A stretch of 64,000 nt of DNA, from NCBI GenBank assembly GCA_963727445.1, contig CAVSGI010000002.1, positions 128,001 to 192,000 on the forward strand, written 5' to 3'. The notes under the pieces were generated by a model, which worked only from the letters and a program-made list of their open reading frames with translations, had not been told where the DNA came from and ran no database searches. Source of the DNA: an uncultured delta proteobacterium (GTDB lineage: Bacteria; Myxococcota_A; Polyangia; Polyangiales; B10-G4). This document shows positions 40,851 to 50,923 of the stretch, in pieces. The first letter of the stretch is position 1, and each line of letters begins with the position of its first letter. The translations under genes were made by a program, and so were the position numbers.

Positions 40851-41492
40851 CTACCCGGGGAGCTCGTCGTCGAGCGACAGCGTATCGAGGAGCTGCGAGA
40901 CGAGGGCGCCGAGCGTCTGCGGGCCTTCGACGACATCGGAGAGCGTTCGGTCGTCCTCGGTGAATGATTCGAGGAGCTCGCGCACGCCTTCGGCGTCGAC
41001 CTCGGCCAGGGCGCACGCCGCCTCCGCCGCGACGTCGGCGTCCGCGTGATCGAGGAGCTGCACCAGCACGTCGAGGGGCGGTGGGGCGTCGACGTCGGCG
41101 CAATCGAGGAGCAGCCCGGGGAGCTCGAGGAGCGCCGGGCCCTCGAGCCCCTCGTCGAGGGCGTCGAGGACGACCTTGGCGAGCACCGGCAGGCGGGCGG
41201 CGCCCCCGCGCGCGAGGCCGATCGCGGCGCGGGCCCGCACCGAAGGATCCGGGTCGTTCAGGATGTTGAGGAGGAGCGCCGTCGCCCCGGCGTCCTCCAC
41301 GCGGGCGAGCAGATCCGCGAGCACCTGCAGGCGGAAGCTCCGCTCGGTACGCTCGGGGTGGTTGCGCGCCTCGTCCAGGGCCACCGAGAGCCGCGGGACC
41401 AGCTCGGCGTCCTCGGCCACGTCGAGGACCGCAGCCTCGGCCTCCAGGGCGGCTTTTCGGGCGCGGTAGAGCACCGCCAGACGGTCCTTCAT
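40851..41492 (-). CDS. HEAT-repeat protein
   Basis: LNDPDPSVRARAAIGL and LDHADADVAAEAACALAE repeats. Confidence 0.75.
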   Translation of the reverse strand: MKDRLAVLYRARKAALEAEAAVLDVAEDAELVPRLSVALDEARNHPERTERSFRLQVLADLLARVEDAGATALLLNILNDPDPSVRARAAIGLARGGAARLPVLAKVVLDALDEGLEGPALLELPGLLLDCADVDAPPPLDVLVQLLDHADADVAAEAACALAEVDAEGVRELLESFTEDDRTLSDVVEGPQTLGALVSQLLDTLSLDDELPG

Positions 41493-41605
41493 CCCGGGGG
41501 AATCCCACGAGGTGGGGGCCCGGCGCAACCCCCCGAGGATGCGGCCTTAATGGCCACCGCTTTGGCTGCCTCGGGGAGCGCTGCGTGGTAGCCTGCGCGG
41601 CGATC

Positions 41606-44600
41606 GTGGATCCCCACGCCGAGAGTCTGGTCGCACGATTGAAGCGCAATCCGGACGACGCCGAGGCCTACTCGGCGCTGAGGGCTCACTACCACCGTCT
41701 GGGTGACTACGCTTCACTCGCCAACCTCCTCGAAGGTTGGGCGGCGCGAGCCTCGGACGTGAGCGCCGCCGCCTCGGCCTACTTCGAGGCCGCCGAGCTC
41801 TGCGAGGGCTACCTCGACGATCGGGTGCGGGCGATCAGCCTGCTCGAGCGCTCCCTCGAAAAGAACCCGATGTACCTCGACTCGTCGGTGCGCCTCGAGG
41901 AGGTCTTCGAGGCCACCGGCGACCAGCGCCGCCTCCTCGACGTCCTCGAGCGTCGCGCCAAGGCCTTCGTCGACGCCGGCGCCGACCCCCGCCACGCGGC
42001 GGCCATCCACCAGCAGATGGGTGAGATCTGGGAGCAGCGCCTGGGACGCGTCGACCGCGCCATCAACCACTACCGCAAAGCCTTCGAGCTCGACAGCACG
42101 TTGGTGACGGCGATCTACGCCGCGCGCGAGATCTATCGCAGCGCCGGCAACCTCAAGGCCGCGTCCTCGCTCTACGACCTCGAGGTCGCCGCCGAGGCCG
42201 ACCCGAAGCGCAAGGTCGCGCTCTTGCGCGAGGTGGCGCACATGCGCGCCGAGCAGCTGGGCGACACCGAGGGCGCCATCACCGCCCTCAAACGCGCGCA
42301 GACGCAGGCGCCGACCGATCTGTCGGTGATGCACGACCTCGCGACGGTGCTGCTCAAGCGCGCCGACACCCAGGGCGACGCAGGCTCCGCCACCCTCGAT
42401 CGCCAGAAGGCCGCCGACCTGCTCTTCCAGATGGCCCAGAGCGTGCCGCCCGATCACGGCATCGCTTACGCCGAAGCTGCGCTCGACGCGGCCCCCGATC
42501 ACGACGGCGCGCTCGACCTCCTCGAGCGCATCGCAGGCGACCTGGGTCGCGCCGACGTCCTGCCCGTGCGCTGGGTGGCGTACCTTCAGGTCGCGCCGGA
42601 GTCGCCGACCACCGACCGCATGCGCCGGCGCCTCGGTGCCGCCTACGTCGAGGCGGATCAGCTCGAGGACGCGATCATCTGCTACGAGCCGCTCCTCGAG
42701 CGCGGAGACGCCGAGGCCGCCGAGTCGCTGGTGGACCTCTATCGCCGGGCGGGCCGCGAGCGCGACGTGGTCCGCGCGCTCTCGGTGGCGGTGGCGGGCC
42801 TGCCCGCCGACAAGCGCATCCCGCGCCTGCGCGAGATCATCTCCATCCTGGTCGAGCACGGCGAGCTCAGCGAGGCCCGCGACCGGGCGCGCGAGATCCT
42901 GGCCCTCGATCCCGCCAATCCCGAGGCCCTGGCCTTCCTCGAAGACGACTGCCGGAGCCGTGGGGCCTGGGGCGAGCTTCGCGACCTCCTCCTCGCGGCG
43001 GGCCGCGTCCCGGGGCTCTCCGTCGACGCGCGCAAGCAGCGCCTGCGCGAGGTCGCCTCCATCTGCGAGGAGAAGCTGGAGGATCTGGAAGGCGCCATCA
43101 GCGCGTGGCGCGCGTGCACTGCGCTCGACCCGGCAGACGGCGCCGCGCGCAAGCGCCTGGCCGCCCTCCTCGAGCACACCGAGCGCTGGGACGAGCTGGT
43201 GCAGGTGCTCGAACGAGAGGCGCTCTCGCTCACCGACCCGGACGAGAAGGCAGACGTGCACCGCAAGCTCGCGCGCATCCATCGCCACTGCCGGCAGAGC
43301 CTGATGGAGGCGGTGGAGGCCTACCGCGCACTGCGGGAGATCCGGCCCGGCGACGACGAGGCCCGCGACGAGATGTGCGACACGCTCATCGAGGCGGGAG
43401 CCTTCCTCGAGGCGGTCCCGATGATGCGCCAGCGCATCGACGGCGCGGTCGACAGCGACGAGCGCATCGAGCTCCTCGCGCGGCTGGCGGCGCTCCTTCA
43501 CGAGCAGGTGGGCGACGACGAAGGCGCCTTCGAGACGGCGACGCGCCTCCTCGACGAAGACCCCGGTAACGCGACGGCGCTCGATCGCATGGAGCGGATC
43601 GACCGGGAGGCCGAGAACTGGTCGCGCCTCCTCGAGACGCTCTCCTACCGCACGGAGCTCGCCGAATTGGACGAGCGCGCGCAGATCTTCGTGCGCATGG
43701 CCGACATCGCAGACCGAGCGCTCGGCGATCTCGACCGGGCCGCGGAGTACTACGCGCACGCCGTCGACCTGTCTCCCACGCCGGAGACGCTCGACGCGCT
43801 GTGCAGCGTCTACGACCGCGCGAATCGCTACAAGGACCTGGTGGTCCTGCTCAGGCAGCGGGCCAAGGACGAGACCGAGCCCCTCGCGCGCGGGGAGCTC
43901 TACCGGCGCATCGCCCGCACCATGCGCGACCGGGTCCGCAACGACGACGCGGCGGCGGAGGCGTACATCGAGGTCCTCACCGGCGGTGAGGACGAAGAAG
44001 CGCTGCGTTTCCTCGAGACGCACAACGATCGCATCGGCGATCACGGCAGCCGCGTCGAGTACCTGGGCCGGCTGGCGGCGCTGGTGGACGACGAAGACGA
44101 GCGACGCGACCTCTTGATGGAGAAGGCGCGGGTGCTCACGGACCACCTCGAAGACGACTCCGAGGCGATGCGTGTGCTCTCCGACGTCGTCACCCGCGTC
44201 GACCCCAACCACCTCGGTGCGCTCGCCAAGCTGGCGGCGCTCGCGGAGAAGCTCGAAGAGCCCAAGACGCTCTCCATGGCGCTCGAGCGCCAGCTCGAGA
44301 TCACCGAGGACGGCGGGTTGCGGATGCCCATCGCGCGCCGACTCGCCGACCTCTACGAGAACGAGCTGGACGACGCGCCGCGCGCGATCGAGGCGCTCGG
44401 GCACTGGGCGGATGCCGACCTGATGGAGCCCGAGCCCCTGCGACGGCGCGCGCGCCTGCTCGAGGCGGCGGGGCGAATCGAAGAGCTCATCCAATGCCTC
44501 GACGCGCTCGCCGGCATCGAGCAGAACGAGGCGGTCACCAGCGAGCTGATCCAGAAGGCCGCGCGCCTCTCGGTGGAGCACCTTGGCGACGTCGACGGTG

Positions 44601-46801
44601 CATGGAAGCGACTCTCGGAGCTCGCGGCCGAAGGGGACGACGACTGCGAGCTGGCGCTTCGCGACCTCGCCAAGGAAGTGGCGCGGGGTGAGCAGCTGGC
44701 GCAGTTCTTCGTGACGCTGGCGCAGGAGTCGACGCTCGAATCGGAGCAGCGGCGGCGGTGGCTCGACGCGTCGGAGGTCCTCGAGACGTATCTGAACGAC
44801 TCGGGTCGGGCTCTCGAGGCAACGCTGCGCGCCTTCGCGACCGACCTCGACGACGAAGCGATCCTCGACGACGTGGATCGCCTCGCCGAGGCCGCCGGGG
44901 CCTGGCAGCGCATCAACCAGGTCTACGAAACCCTCTTCAAGCGCGCCGATGGCACGGAAGCCAAGGTCTCGCTCCTCATGCGGCAGGCGCATCTGCTCGA
45001 TGCCAAGGCCCAGGATCCAGGCGCCGCCCTCGACCTGGTGCTTCGCGCCTGCAACCTCGCACCAGAGGACGAGGACGTGCTCGAGACCGCCGAGGAGCTC
45101 GCCCCCCGGGCCGGACGGGCCGAGGAGCTCTTCGTCGTCTACGACCGCCGGCGCGCCAAAGCCGACGACGACGCGGGACGGGTAGAGGCGCTGCTCCGTG
45201 GAGCGAAGCTCGCCGACGTCGGCATGAAGGATCGTGACCGCGCGATGAGCATGGTTCAGAACGCCGTGCTCTCGAGCAAGACGCCCGAGCTGCTGCTGGT
45301 GATCGAAGCCGCGGTACGCGAGCTCGACGACCTCCGGCCGGAGCTCGGAGAGGCGGCCGCGGTCAAGGCCCTGGTCGCGGTCTATCAGGGGCTCGCCGAG
45401 AAGGTCGCCGAGGATGCGCCGGAGGTCAGCGCCGCGATGCTTCGTCGCGCCGCCGGCGTGTGCCTCGAGGACCTCGACGACGCACAGAGCGGTCTGAAGT
45501 ACCTGGTTCGCGCGACGACCTACGCACCCGGCGATGAGCAGATCCTCGACGAGCTCGAGCAGGTCTCCGAACACGCGGGGCGCCTCGACGCCTTTCAGAA
45601 GCACCTCGACAAGCTGGTGCAGGAGGCCCTCGACCAGGCGACGGCGGCTGCCCTCCTCAAGCGCCGCGGCCGGATCCTCGAGGTCGAGCTCGAGCGTTAC
45701 GGCGAAGCGGCAGACGTGTTCACCCGGTTGATGTCGCTCAAGCGCCACGACCCCGAGGTCCCGCCGCGCCTCAAGAACTGCCTGCGGAAATCGGGACGTC
45801 ATCAGGACCTCTTGATGGCGCTCGAGCGCGAAGCGGATCGGGCGGACGACACGATCCTGAAGGTCGACCTCTACAAGGACGTGGCGCGGGTCTGGGAGGA
45901 GGACCTGGGCAACAAGTGGGAGGCGATCGACGCCTGGAAGCGGGTGCTCAAGGAAGACCCGGACGACGAGGAAGCGACCGAAGCGGTGCAGCGCCTCGGG
46001 CACAGCACGCGTCGCCTGAGCACCGCCGAGCTCTCTGACGTCGCGGGTATGGGCAAGAGCCACGACGACACCGGCGAGGTCGACGTGCCGCAGCCGGGAA
46101 GCGCAGCGCCCTTCGAGGAGGACCCGAGCGGTGACTTCACCTCGCCGGCCCTTCTCGCGCCGAGCTCGGAGCCGGCGGCCGAGTTCGACGACCACACCGA
46201 GACCACGGGCGACGACTTCCTGGACGAGCTCGGCCCGTCGGAGCGGCGCCGGATGGACATGGACGAGGTGGTGGCCAACGAAGGGATGGACGAGGACGCG
46301 CTCGGCCAGACCCTCGACGAGAGCGAGCCCATGGTCCTCGCGCCGCCGGTCTCCGTCGACCGCCTGATCGTCCCCGGCGACCCGCAGGGCTTCGCCGATT
46401 TTGGCACCGAAGAGAGCACCATGACGGGCTCGGACGACGGCTCGGAACAGGAGCCGCGCGAGGTCACCAACGAGCTCGACATCTCGGAGGTCGACGAGAT
46501 CGAGGAGGATGACGACGAGACCGCCGTCGGCAGCGACCTCGAGCCGATCTCCCTCGACACGGGCGAGATCGACGTCGCGCGCATCGACACCGGCGACATC
46601 CTGATCGAAGAGGATTCGATCCAAGAGCTGGACGGGGACGAGCTCCTCGAGGAGCTCGATTCGGCGGAGCTCGCCCCGCAGCCGACGCGAAGCGTGCCCC
46701 CGCCGCCTCCACCCAGCGTGAGCCGCCCGCCGCCTCCGCCGCCGCGGGGAGGGGCATCGTCGATGCCTCCGCCGATCCCGGTGGGCAAGAAGGACGACTG
46801 A
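41606..46801 (+). CDS. Giant TPR-repeat protein (myxobacterial AgmK-like class) with acidic/Pro-rich tail
   Basis: About 1730 aa of helical repeats (A...Y..AL.LDP....A...L..L); C-terminal acidic low-complexity region and SVPPPPP motifs. Confidence 0.85.
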   Translation: MDPHAESLVARLKRNPDDAEAYSALRAHYHRLGDYASLANLLEGWAARASDVSAAASAYFEAAELCEGYLDDRVRAISLLERSLEKNPMYLDSSVRLEEVFEATGDQRRLLDVLERRAKAFVDAGADPRHAAAIHQQMGEIWEQRLGRVDRAINHYRKAFELDSTLVTAIYAAREIYRSAGNLKAASSLYDLEVAAEADPKRKVALLREVAHMRAEQLGDTEGAITALKRAQTQAPTDLSVMHDLATVLLKRADTQGDAGSATLDRQKAADLLFQMAQSVPPDHGIAYAEAALDAAPDHDGALDLLERIAGDLGRADVLPVRWVAYLQVAPESPTTDRMRRRLGAAYVEADQLEDAIICYEPLLERGDAEAAESLVDLYRRAGRERDVVRALSVAVAGLPADKRIPRLREIISILVEHGELSEARDRAREILALDPANPEALAFLEDDCRSRGAWGELRDLLLAAGRVPGLSVDARKQRLREVASICEEKLEDLEGAISAWRACTALDPADGAARKRLAALLEHTERWDELVQVLEREALSLTDPDEKADVHRKLARIHRHCRQSLMEAVEAYRALREIRPGDDEARDEMCDTLIEAGAFLEAVPMMRQRIDGAVDSDERIELLARLAALLHEQVGDDEGAFETATRLLDEDPGNATALDRMERIDREAENWSRLLETLSYRTELAELDERAQIFVRMADIADRALGDLDRAAEYYAHAVDLSPTPETLDALCSVYDRANRYKDLVVLLRQRAKDETEPLARGELYRRIARTMRDRVRNDDAAAEAYIEVLTGGEDEEALRFLETHNDRIGDHGSRVEYLGRLAALVDDEDERRDLLMEKARVLTDHLEDDSEAMRVLSDVVTRVDPNHLGALAKLAALAEKLEEPKTLSMALERQLEITEDGGLRMPIARRLADLYENELDDAPRAIEALGHWADADLMEPEPLRRRARLLEAAGRIEELIQCLDALAGIEQNEAVTSELIQKAARLSVEHLGDVDGAWKRLSELAAEGDDDCELALRDLAKEVARGEQLAQFFVTLAQESTLESEQRRRWLDASEVLETYLNDSGRALEATLRAFATDLDDEAILDDVDRLAEAAGAWQRINQVYETLFKRADGTEAKVSLLMRQAHLLDAKAQDPGAALDLVLRACNLAPEDEDVLETAEELAPRAGRAEELFVVYDRRRAKADDDAGRVEALLRGAKLADVGMKDRDRAMSMVQNAVLSSKTPELLLVIEAAVRELDDLRPELGEAAAVKALVAVYQGLAEKVAEDAPEVSAAMLRRAAGVCLEDLDDAQSGLKYLVRATTYAPGDEQILDELEQVSEHAGRLDAFQKHLDKLVQEALDQATAAALLKRRGRILEVELERYGEAADVFTRLMSLKRHDPEVPPRLKNCLRKSGRHQDLLMALEREADRADDTILKVDLYKDVARVWEEDLGNKWEAIDAWKRVLKEDPDDEEATEAVQRLGHSTRRLSTAELSDVAGMGKSHDDTGEVDVPQPGSAAPFEEDPSGDFTSPALLAPSSEPAAEFDDHTETTGDDFLDELGPSERRRMDMDEVVANEGMDEDALGQTLDESEPMVLAPPVSVDRLIVPGDPQGFADFGTEESTMTGSDDGSEQEPREVTNELDISEVDEIEEDDDETAVGSDLEPISLDTGEIDVARIDTGDILIEEDSIQELDGDELLEELDSAELAPQPTRSVPPPPPPSVSRPPPPPPRGGASSMPPPIPVGKKDD

Positions 46802-46826
46802 GCGCCTGGTCGACTGCTCGGCGCGC

Positions 46827-47431
46827 TCAGCGAACCGGAACGCCGAAGAGCAGCTGATGTAGCCACAGGAAGAACGCCGCGTAGAGGCCGAGGCCGACGA
46901 CGATGGCGATGGCGTCGCCGGCGCTCCAGCCGCGCGGCTCGGGGGTTTCGAGTCGGGGCCGGGGGCGGTGGGAGCCGGCTGAGGCCGACGATGGCGCCGC
47001 TTCAGCGAGATCCGATCAGCGACTGCCCAGGCGAGGAAGCTGCCGAAGAGCAGGACGTCCGCCAGGGTGCCGTTGACGAGGAGATGGGCGAGCGCCCAGG
47101 TCTTCACCGCGGTGAGCATCGGATGCTTGACCGTGGATTTGATCTTTCCCGGCGCGTAGGTCGCCACCAGGAGCGGGAAGACCGGGAGCATCAAGAGCCA
47201 GACGACGTGCCGCATCCACACCGGCGACTGATAGAGCATCACCGGCGTCTGCCGCGCCTGCCCGAAGCCCCAGACCAGAAGCGCGAAGGAGGCGATTGAC
47301 ACGACCGTGTAGATGCCCTTGAAGGTCGGGGCGCCGAGGCGTTCGACGAGTCGATTCCGCGCGCCTCGCGACACGATCGACAGCGAGTGGACCCCGAGGA
47401 AGAGCGCCAGCCCGATGACCAGGAAGGCCAC
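46827..47431 (-). CDS. NnrU family membrane protein; frameshifted near 46950-46995
   Basis: LFLGVHS, KHPML..VKTWALAHLLVNG, LLFGSFLAWA; the true C-terminus DAIAIVVGLGLYAAFFLWLHQLLFGVPVR* is in another frame. Confidence 0.88.
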
Positions 47432-47432
47432 G

Positions 47433-48471
47433 CTACGCCCGCGGGTTCTTCAGGTGCCGGCGCGCGACCTCGGCCCACGGTCCCGTCGGGATCGAGGCGC
47501 AGGTAGCTCTCCCAATGCGGCCGGGCCGCGGCCGGGCGGCCGAGCTCTTCGTAGGCCATGGCCAGGTTGAAGTGGGCATCGGCGAAGGCCGGGTCCTGGA
47601 CCAGCGCCTCCTCGAAATGCGGGAGGGCGGTGCGCGGATCGCCCCGCTCGAAGGCGAGGAAACCGAGGTTGTAATGCGCCTCGGGCTGCGCGGGATCGAC
47701 CATCAAGGCGCGCTGATAGAGGAGCTCTGCCTCGTCCAGGTCGCCCCGCCGGAAGGAGATGTTGCCGAGGTTGGTGATGGCGTTGGAGAGCGACGGATCG
47801 AGAGAGAGCGCCTGGCGGTATAGATCCGCCGCTCGCTCGACCGTGGTCTCTTCCTCGTCGAGTCGACAGCCCTCGAGGTAGAGGTCGTAGGCCTTTTGTT
47901 TGTCGGCGTTGCCCGGCCGGCGCTCGTCGAGCGCGCGCACCACGTCGTCGCGAAGCGCCGACACCTCGAAGTCGAGGACCATCTGCCCCGTGGTCGGCTC
48001 GAAGGTGCCGCTGTCACCCTGCACCACCACGGTCTGACCGTCGGTGGTCACCCGCAGCTCGGAGAGCGGGCGCACCACCCGCGGCAGATCTTTCTTCAGG
48101 GCCTCGACGCTCTTGCGCACCTGCTGCAGCGACATGCCCGACTCGAGCAGGCCCTTCGCGACGCGCAGGCCGATCAGATCCTGGAAGGTGTAGAATCGCC
48201 GGCGACCCGAACGGCCGGAGGGCGACAAGAACCCCGAGCGATCCCAGTAGCGGAGCCGGCCGACCTTCAGACCGAAGACGCGCGCCACCTCGTGCACGCT
48301 GTAGAGATCCGCGAGGGGATCCTCTTTGCGCTCGCGGCGCGCGGCGGGTGTCGGCTTCGGCGTCTCGGCGACCTCGACCTCGGGCGGGGGGGCCTTGGGT
48401 CGGGTCTCCACGTCGGCCACCCCGTCCTTGCCGAAGCGGACGTGGATGACGTTGTCGCGGTCCTCGTTCAT
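47433..48471 (-). CDS. MerR-type HTH plus TPR protein; +1 frameshift near 47481
   Basis: YSVHEVARVFGL..GRLRYWDR.GFL.P..RRFYTFQDL; TPRs (AHYNLG, AHFNLA); the corrected end is DGPWAEVARRHLKNPRA*. Confidence 0.88.
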
Positions 48472-48908
48472 CGGCTTTCGGCTGAAGATACGCCGAAGGG
48501 GACCTCGAGGTCGACGTCGAGGTGCAGCTCGTCGCCCGTGAGGTCGACGTGCGTCTCCACGTGCGCCGTCCCCAGCTTCTCGGTGGGAAAGCGCCGCGCG
48601 ACCTCGGCCATGGCGATGCGCATCGCGCGGATCCTCACGCGCACCGAGCCGTCCATCGCCGACAGGAGCCGGGCGCGCCCTTCGATGCCCAGGGGACGCC
48701 TCAGATGAGCCTCCACCCGGCCGAGATCGATGGTGATCATCGTGCTTCCGTAGAAGACCCCGTCCCGCACGCTGCCCTCGGAGAGGACCTCGACCTCGGA
48801 GAAGAGCAATTCCTCCGTCTGGCGGTCGAGCGCGACGTGGGAGCGCTCCCGGAGGGCTTTCGCCTTTTCCGCCCTCGCCGGGCCTTTGATTTTGGGCTTT
48901 TCCGCCAT
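48468..48908 (-). CDS. Hypothetical protein translationally coupled to the MerR-TPR gene
   Basis: GGGGGAG RBS; ATGA overlap with the downstream start. Confidence 0.7.
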   Translation of the reverse strand: MAEKPKIKGPARAEKAKALRERSHVALDRQTEELLFSEVEVLSEGSVRDGVFYGSTMITIDLGRVEAHLRRPLGIEGRARLLSAMDGSVRVRIRAMRIAMAEVARRFPTEKLGTAHVETHVDLTGDELHLDVDLEVPFGVSSAESR

Positions 48909-49065
48909 CTCCCCCGGACCATCCTACACACACCTACATCTGGACCTACAAAAAGAGACGGAGGCGTCGATCCACCTCGGCGCCTGGCTCGTACTGGTTT
49001 TCAGGGTCTTTCACCGTGTTCCCATTCATTGCCCGCCTGACGCCTCTTTGCGATCCTCCATCCCC

Positions 49066-49611
49066 GTGGTGGACGAAGCCCCAGAGGACGAGGAGCTCGT
49101 GATGCGTGTCGCATCGGGAGATCAGAGCGCCCTGGGCGACCTCTACGACCGCCACGGGCCGACGATGATGGCCATCGGGCTCAAGATCCTGAAGAACCCG
49201 CGGGAGGCCGAGGACCTGCTCCACGACGTCTTCGTCGAAGCCTGGAAGCGAGCGAACACCTACGACCCCGGGCGCGGCTCGGTGCGCGCGTGGCTCTGCC
49301 TCAGAATGCGCAGCCGCTGCCTCGACCGGGTCAAGTCCGCCCGATGGAACCGCTCGCAGCCCCTGCCCGAGCGCGAGAGCCACATGGGCCCGGGCAGCGA
49401 GACGAGCGCCGAGACCATGGCCGATGCGAGCCGGCTCAAAGCCGCGCTCGCCGAGCTTCCCGAGGAGCAGCGCGTCGTGCTGATCCTCGGTTACTTCGAG
49501 GGCCTCTCCTCGTCCGAGATCGCCGTGCGGTTGGGCGTCCCCATCGGCACGGTCAAGTCGCGGGTTGCGGCGGCGATGGGGAAAATGAAGAAAGCGATGG
49601 AGACGAAGTGA
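49066..49611 (+). CDS. ECF RNA polymerase sigma factor (SigK-like)
   Basis: GDQSALGDLYDRH, EAEDLLHDVF..AW, LPEEQR..L.LGYFEGLS.SEIA.RLGVPIGTVKSR. Start codon uncertain. Confidence 0.93.
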   Translation: MVDEAPEDEELVMRVASGDQSALGDLYDRHGPTMMAIGLKILKNPREAEDLLHDVFVEAWKRANTYDPGRGSVRAWLCLRMRSRCLDRVKSARWNRSQPLPERESHMGPGSETSAETMADASRLKAALAELPEEQRVVLILGYFEGLSSSEIAVRLGVPIGTVKSRVAAAMGKMKKAMETK

Positions 49612-50204
49612 CCAGCGGCGACGAAACATTGGAGCTCGATCCCTTCCTGCGAGAGCTCGCGGAAGCGGGTGTGAGCGAAGCGGAGGCGATGGAGGTTCTC
49701 CTCGATTCCCTCGAGCCAGCCCCGCTGCCGGCGACCTTACGCGCGCGCATCCTCGAAGCGACGCGCACCGAGAGTCGCTTCGCGTCTTTCACGGCGCAGG
49801 TCGCGAAGCTCGTCGACGTCACGGTGGACACCGCGAAGGAGCTGCTCCTCGGCATCGACCGCGAAGAGAGCTGGGGCCCCGCAGCCGTGCCCGCGATGCT
49901 TCTCTACAACTTCGACGGCGGCCCCGCCGTCGCCAATGCCATCGCCGGCTTCGTCCGCATGCCTGCAGGCAGCTCGTTTCCACTTCACTCGCACCTCGGC
50001 GAAGAGACGGTGTTGGTGCTCCAAGGCCGCTACCGAGAGAACGACGGCCGCATCGTGGGCCCCGGCGAAACCAGGGTCAGCACCACCGAAACCCACCACT
50101 CCTTCGAGGTCCTCGAAGGCGCCGAGCTCATCTACCTGGTCGTCGCCCAGAACGGCATCGAGATCGGCGACAGGACCTTCGGTCCCGACGACCCGACGAT
50201 GTAG
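49608..50204 (+). CDS. ChrR-like cupin anti-sigma factor
   Basis: GTGA overlap with the sigma stop; P.P.TLRARIL anti-sigma helix; cupin FPLHSH.GEE..LVLQG...HSF. Confidence 0.85.
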   Translation: MTSGDETLELDPFLRELAEAGVSEAEAMEVLLDSLEPAPLPATLRARILEATRTESRFASFTAQVAKLVDVTVDTAKELLLGIDREESWGPAAVPAMLLYNFDGGPAVANAIAGFVRMPAGSSFPLHSHLGEETVLVLQGRYRENDGRIVGPGETRVSTTETHHSFEVLEGAELIYLVVAQNGIEIGDRTFGPDDPTM

Positions 50205-50208
50205 CGCT

Positions 50209-50862
50209 CTAATAGTCGACCCAGGCTTGTTCGACCTGAGCGCCTTCGAGCGCGGGGGTGACGATGGTGTAGTGAGCCACGCGACCCTCGGGAGCCTCGC
50301 CCACCGAGCCGACGTTCACGATGCGCACGTCGTCGATGGTTCGATCGAAGGGAACGTGCGTGCCGCCACAGAGGAAGAGGTCCGCGGGATTTCCGTCGAC
50401 GAGGGCGAGGACCTCCGCTTCGGTCATGTCGTGCGACATCTCGACGTGGTGGTTCGCGGGAGACCCGTGGCTCATCACCAGCTCGCGGCCATCGAGCATC
50501 GGGATGCGCAGGGTCTCCGGCAGCGTGCGGAGCTGCTGGAGCACCAGATCACCCACCGCGTTGCGGGTACGCACGAAACGCGCGAGGCGCGCCTTCGCGT
50601 CCTCGGTGAGGGCTTCGAGCTTGTCCGGGTCCATGGTGGCCAGGGCCTCGTCGCTCGGGCCCACGGTGCACCGCGCATCGCGAGACATCAGCCGCCGCCA
50701 GACCTCGAGGGGCGCGTCGCCGCCGAGGAGATGATCGCCGAGGGCGAAGATGTCGCGCACACCACGGCGATCGAGCTCCTCGAGAACCGCGTCGAGCGCT
50801 TCGAGGTTGCCGTGGATGTCCGAGAGGAAGGCCATCGGACGAGCTGCGAGAGGAGTGGCCAT
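50209..50862 (-). CDS. Metallophosphoesterase (YfcE-like)
   Basis: SDIHGN, LGD, HGSP and NVGSVG motifs; the GNHD and GHTH sites are altered to GPSD and GGTH. Confidence 0.85.
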   Translation of the reverse strand: MATPLAARPMAFLSDIHGNLEALDAVLEELDRRGVRDIFALGDHLLGGDAPLEVWRRLMSRDARCTVGPSDEALATMDPDKLEALTEDAKARLARFVRTRNAVGDLVLQQLRTLPETLRIPMLDGRELVMSHGSPANHHVEMSHDMTEAEVLALVDGNPADLFLCGGTHVPFDRTIDDVRIVNVGSVGEAPEGRVAHYTIVTPALEGAQVEQAWVDY

Positions 50863-50923
50863 GGCGATTTCGGGGCCGGAGCTTAGCGCTCGCGGAGCGC
50901 GGCGCTAGTGCCGGCGCGAAGCC

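Noticed and set aside
41714..47431. 1905-aa ORF on the minus strand
   Set aside because: Artefact: the frameshifted NnrU start reads into the antisense shadow of the giant TPR gene.
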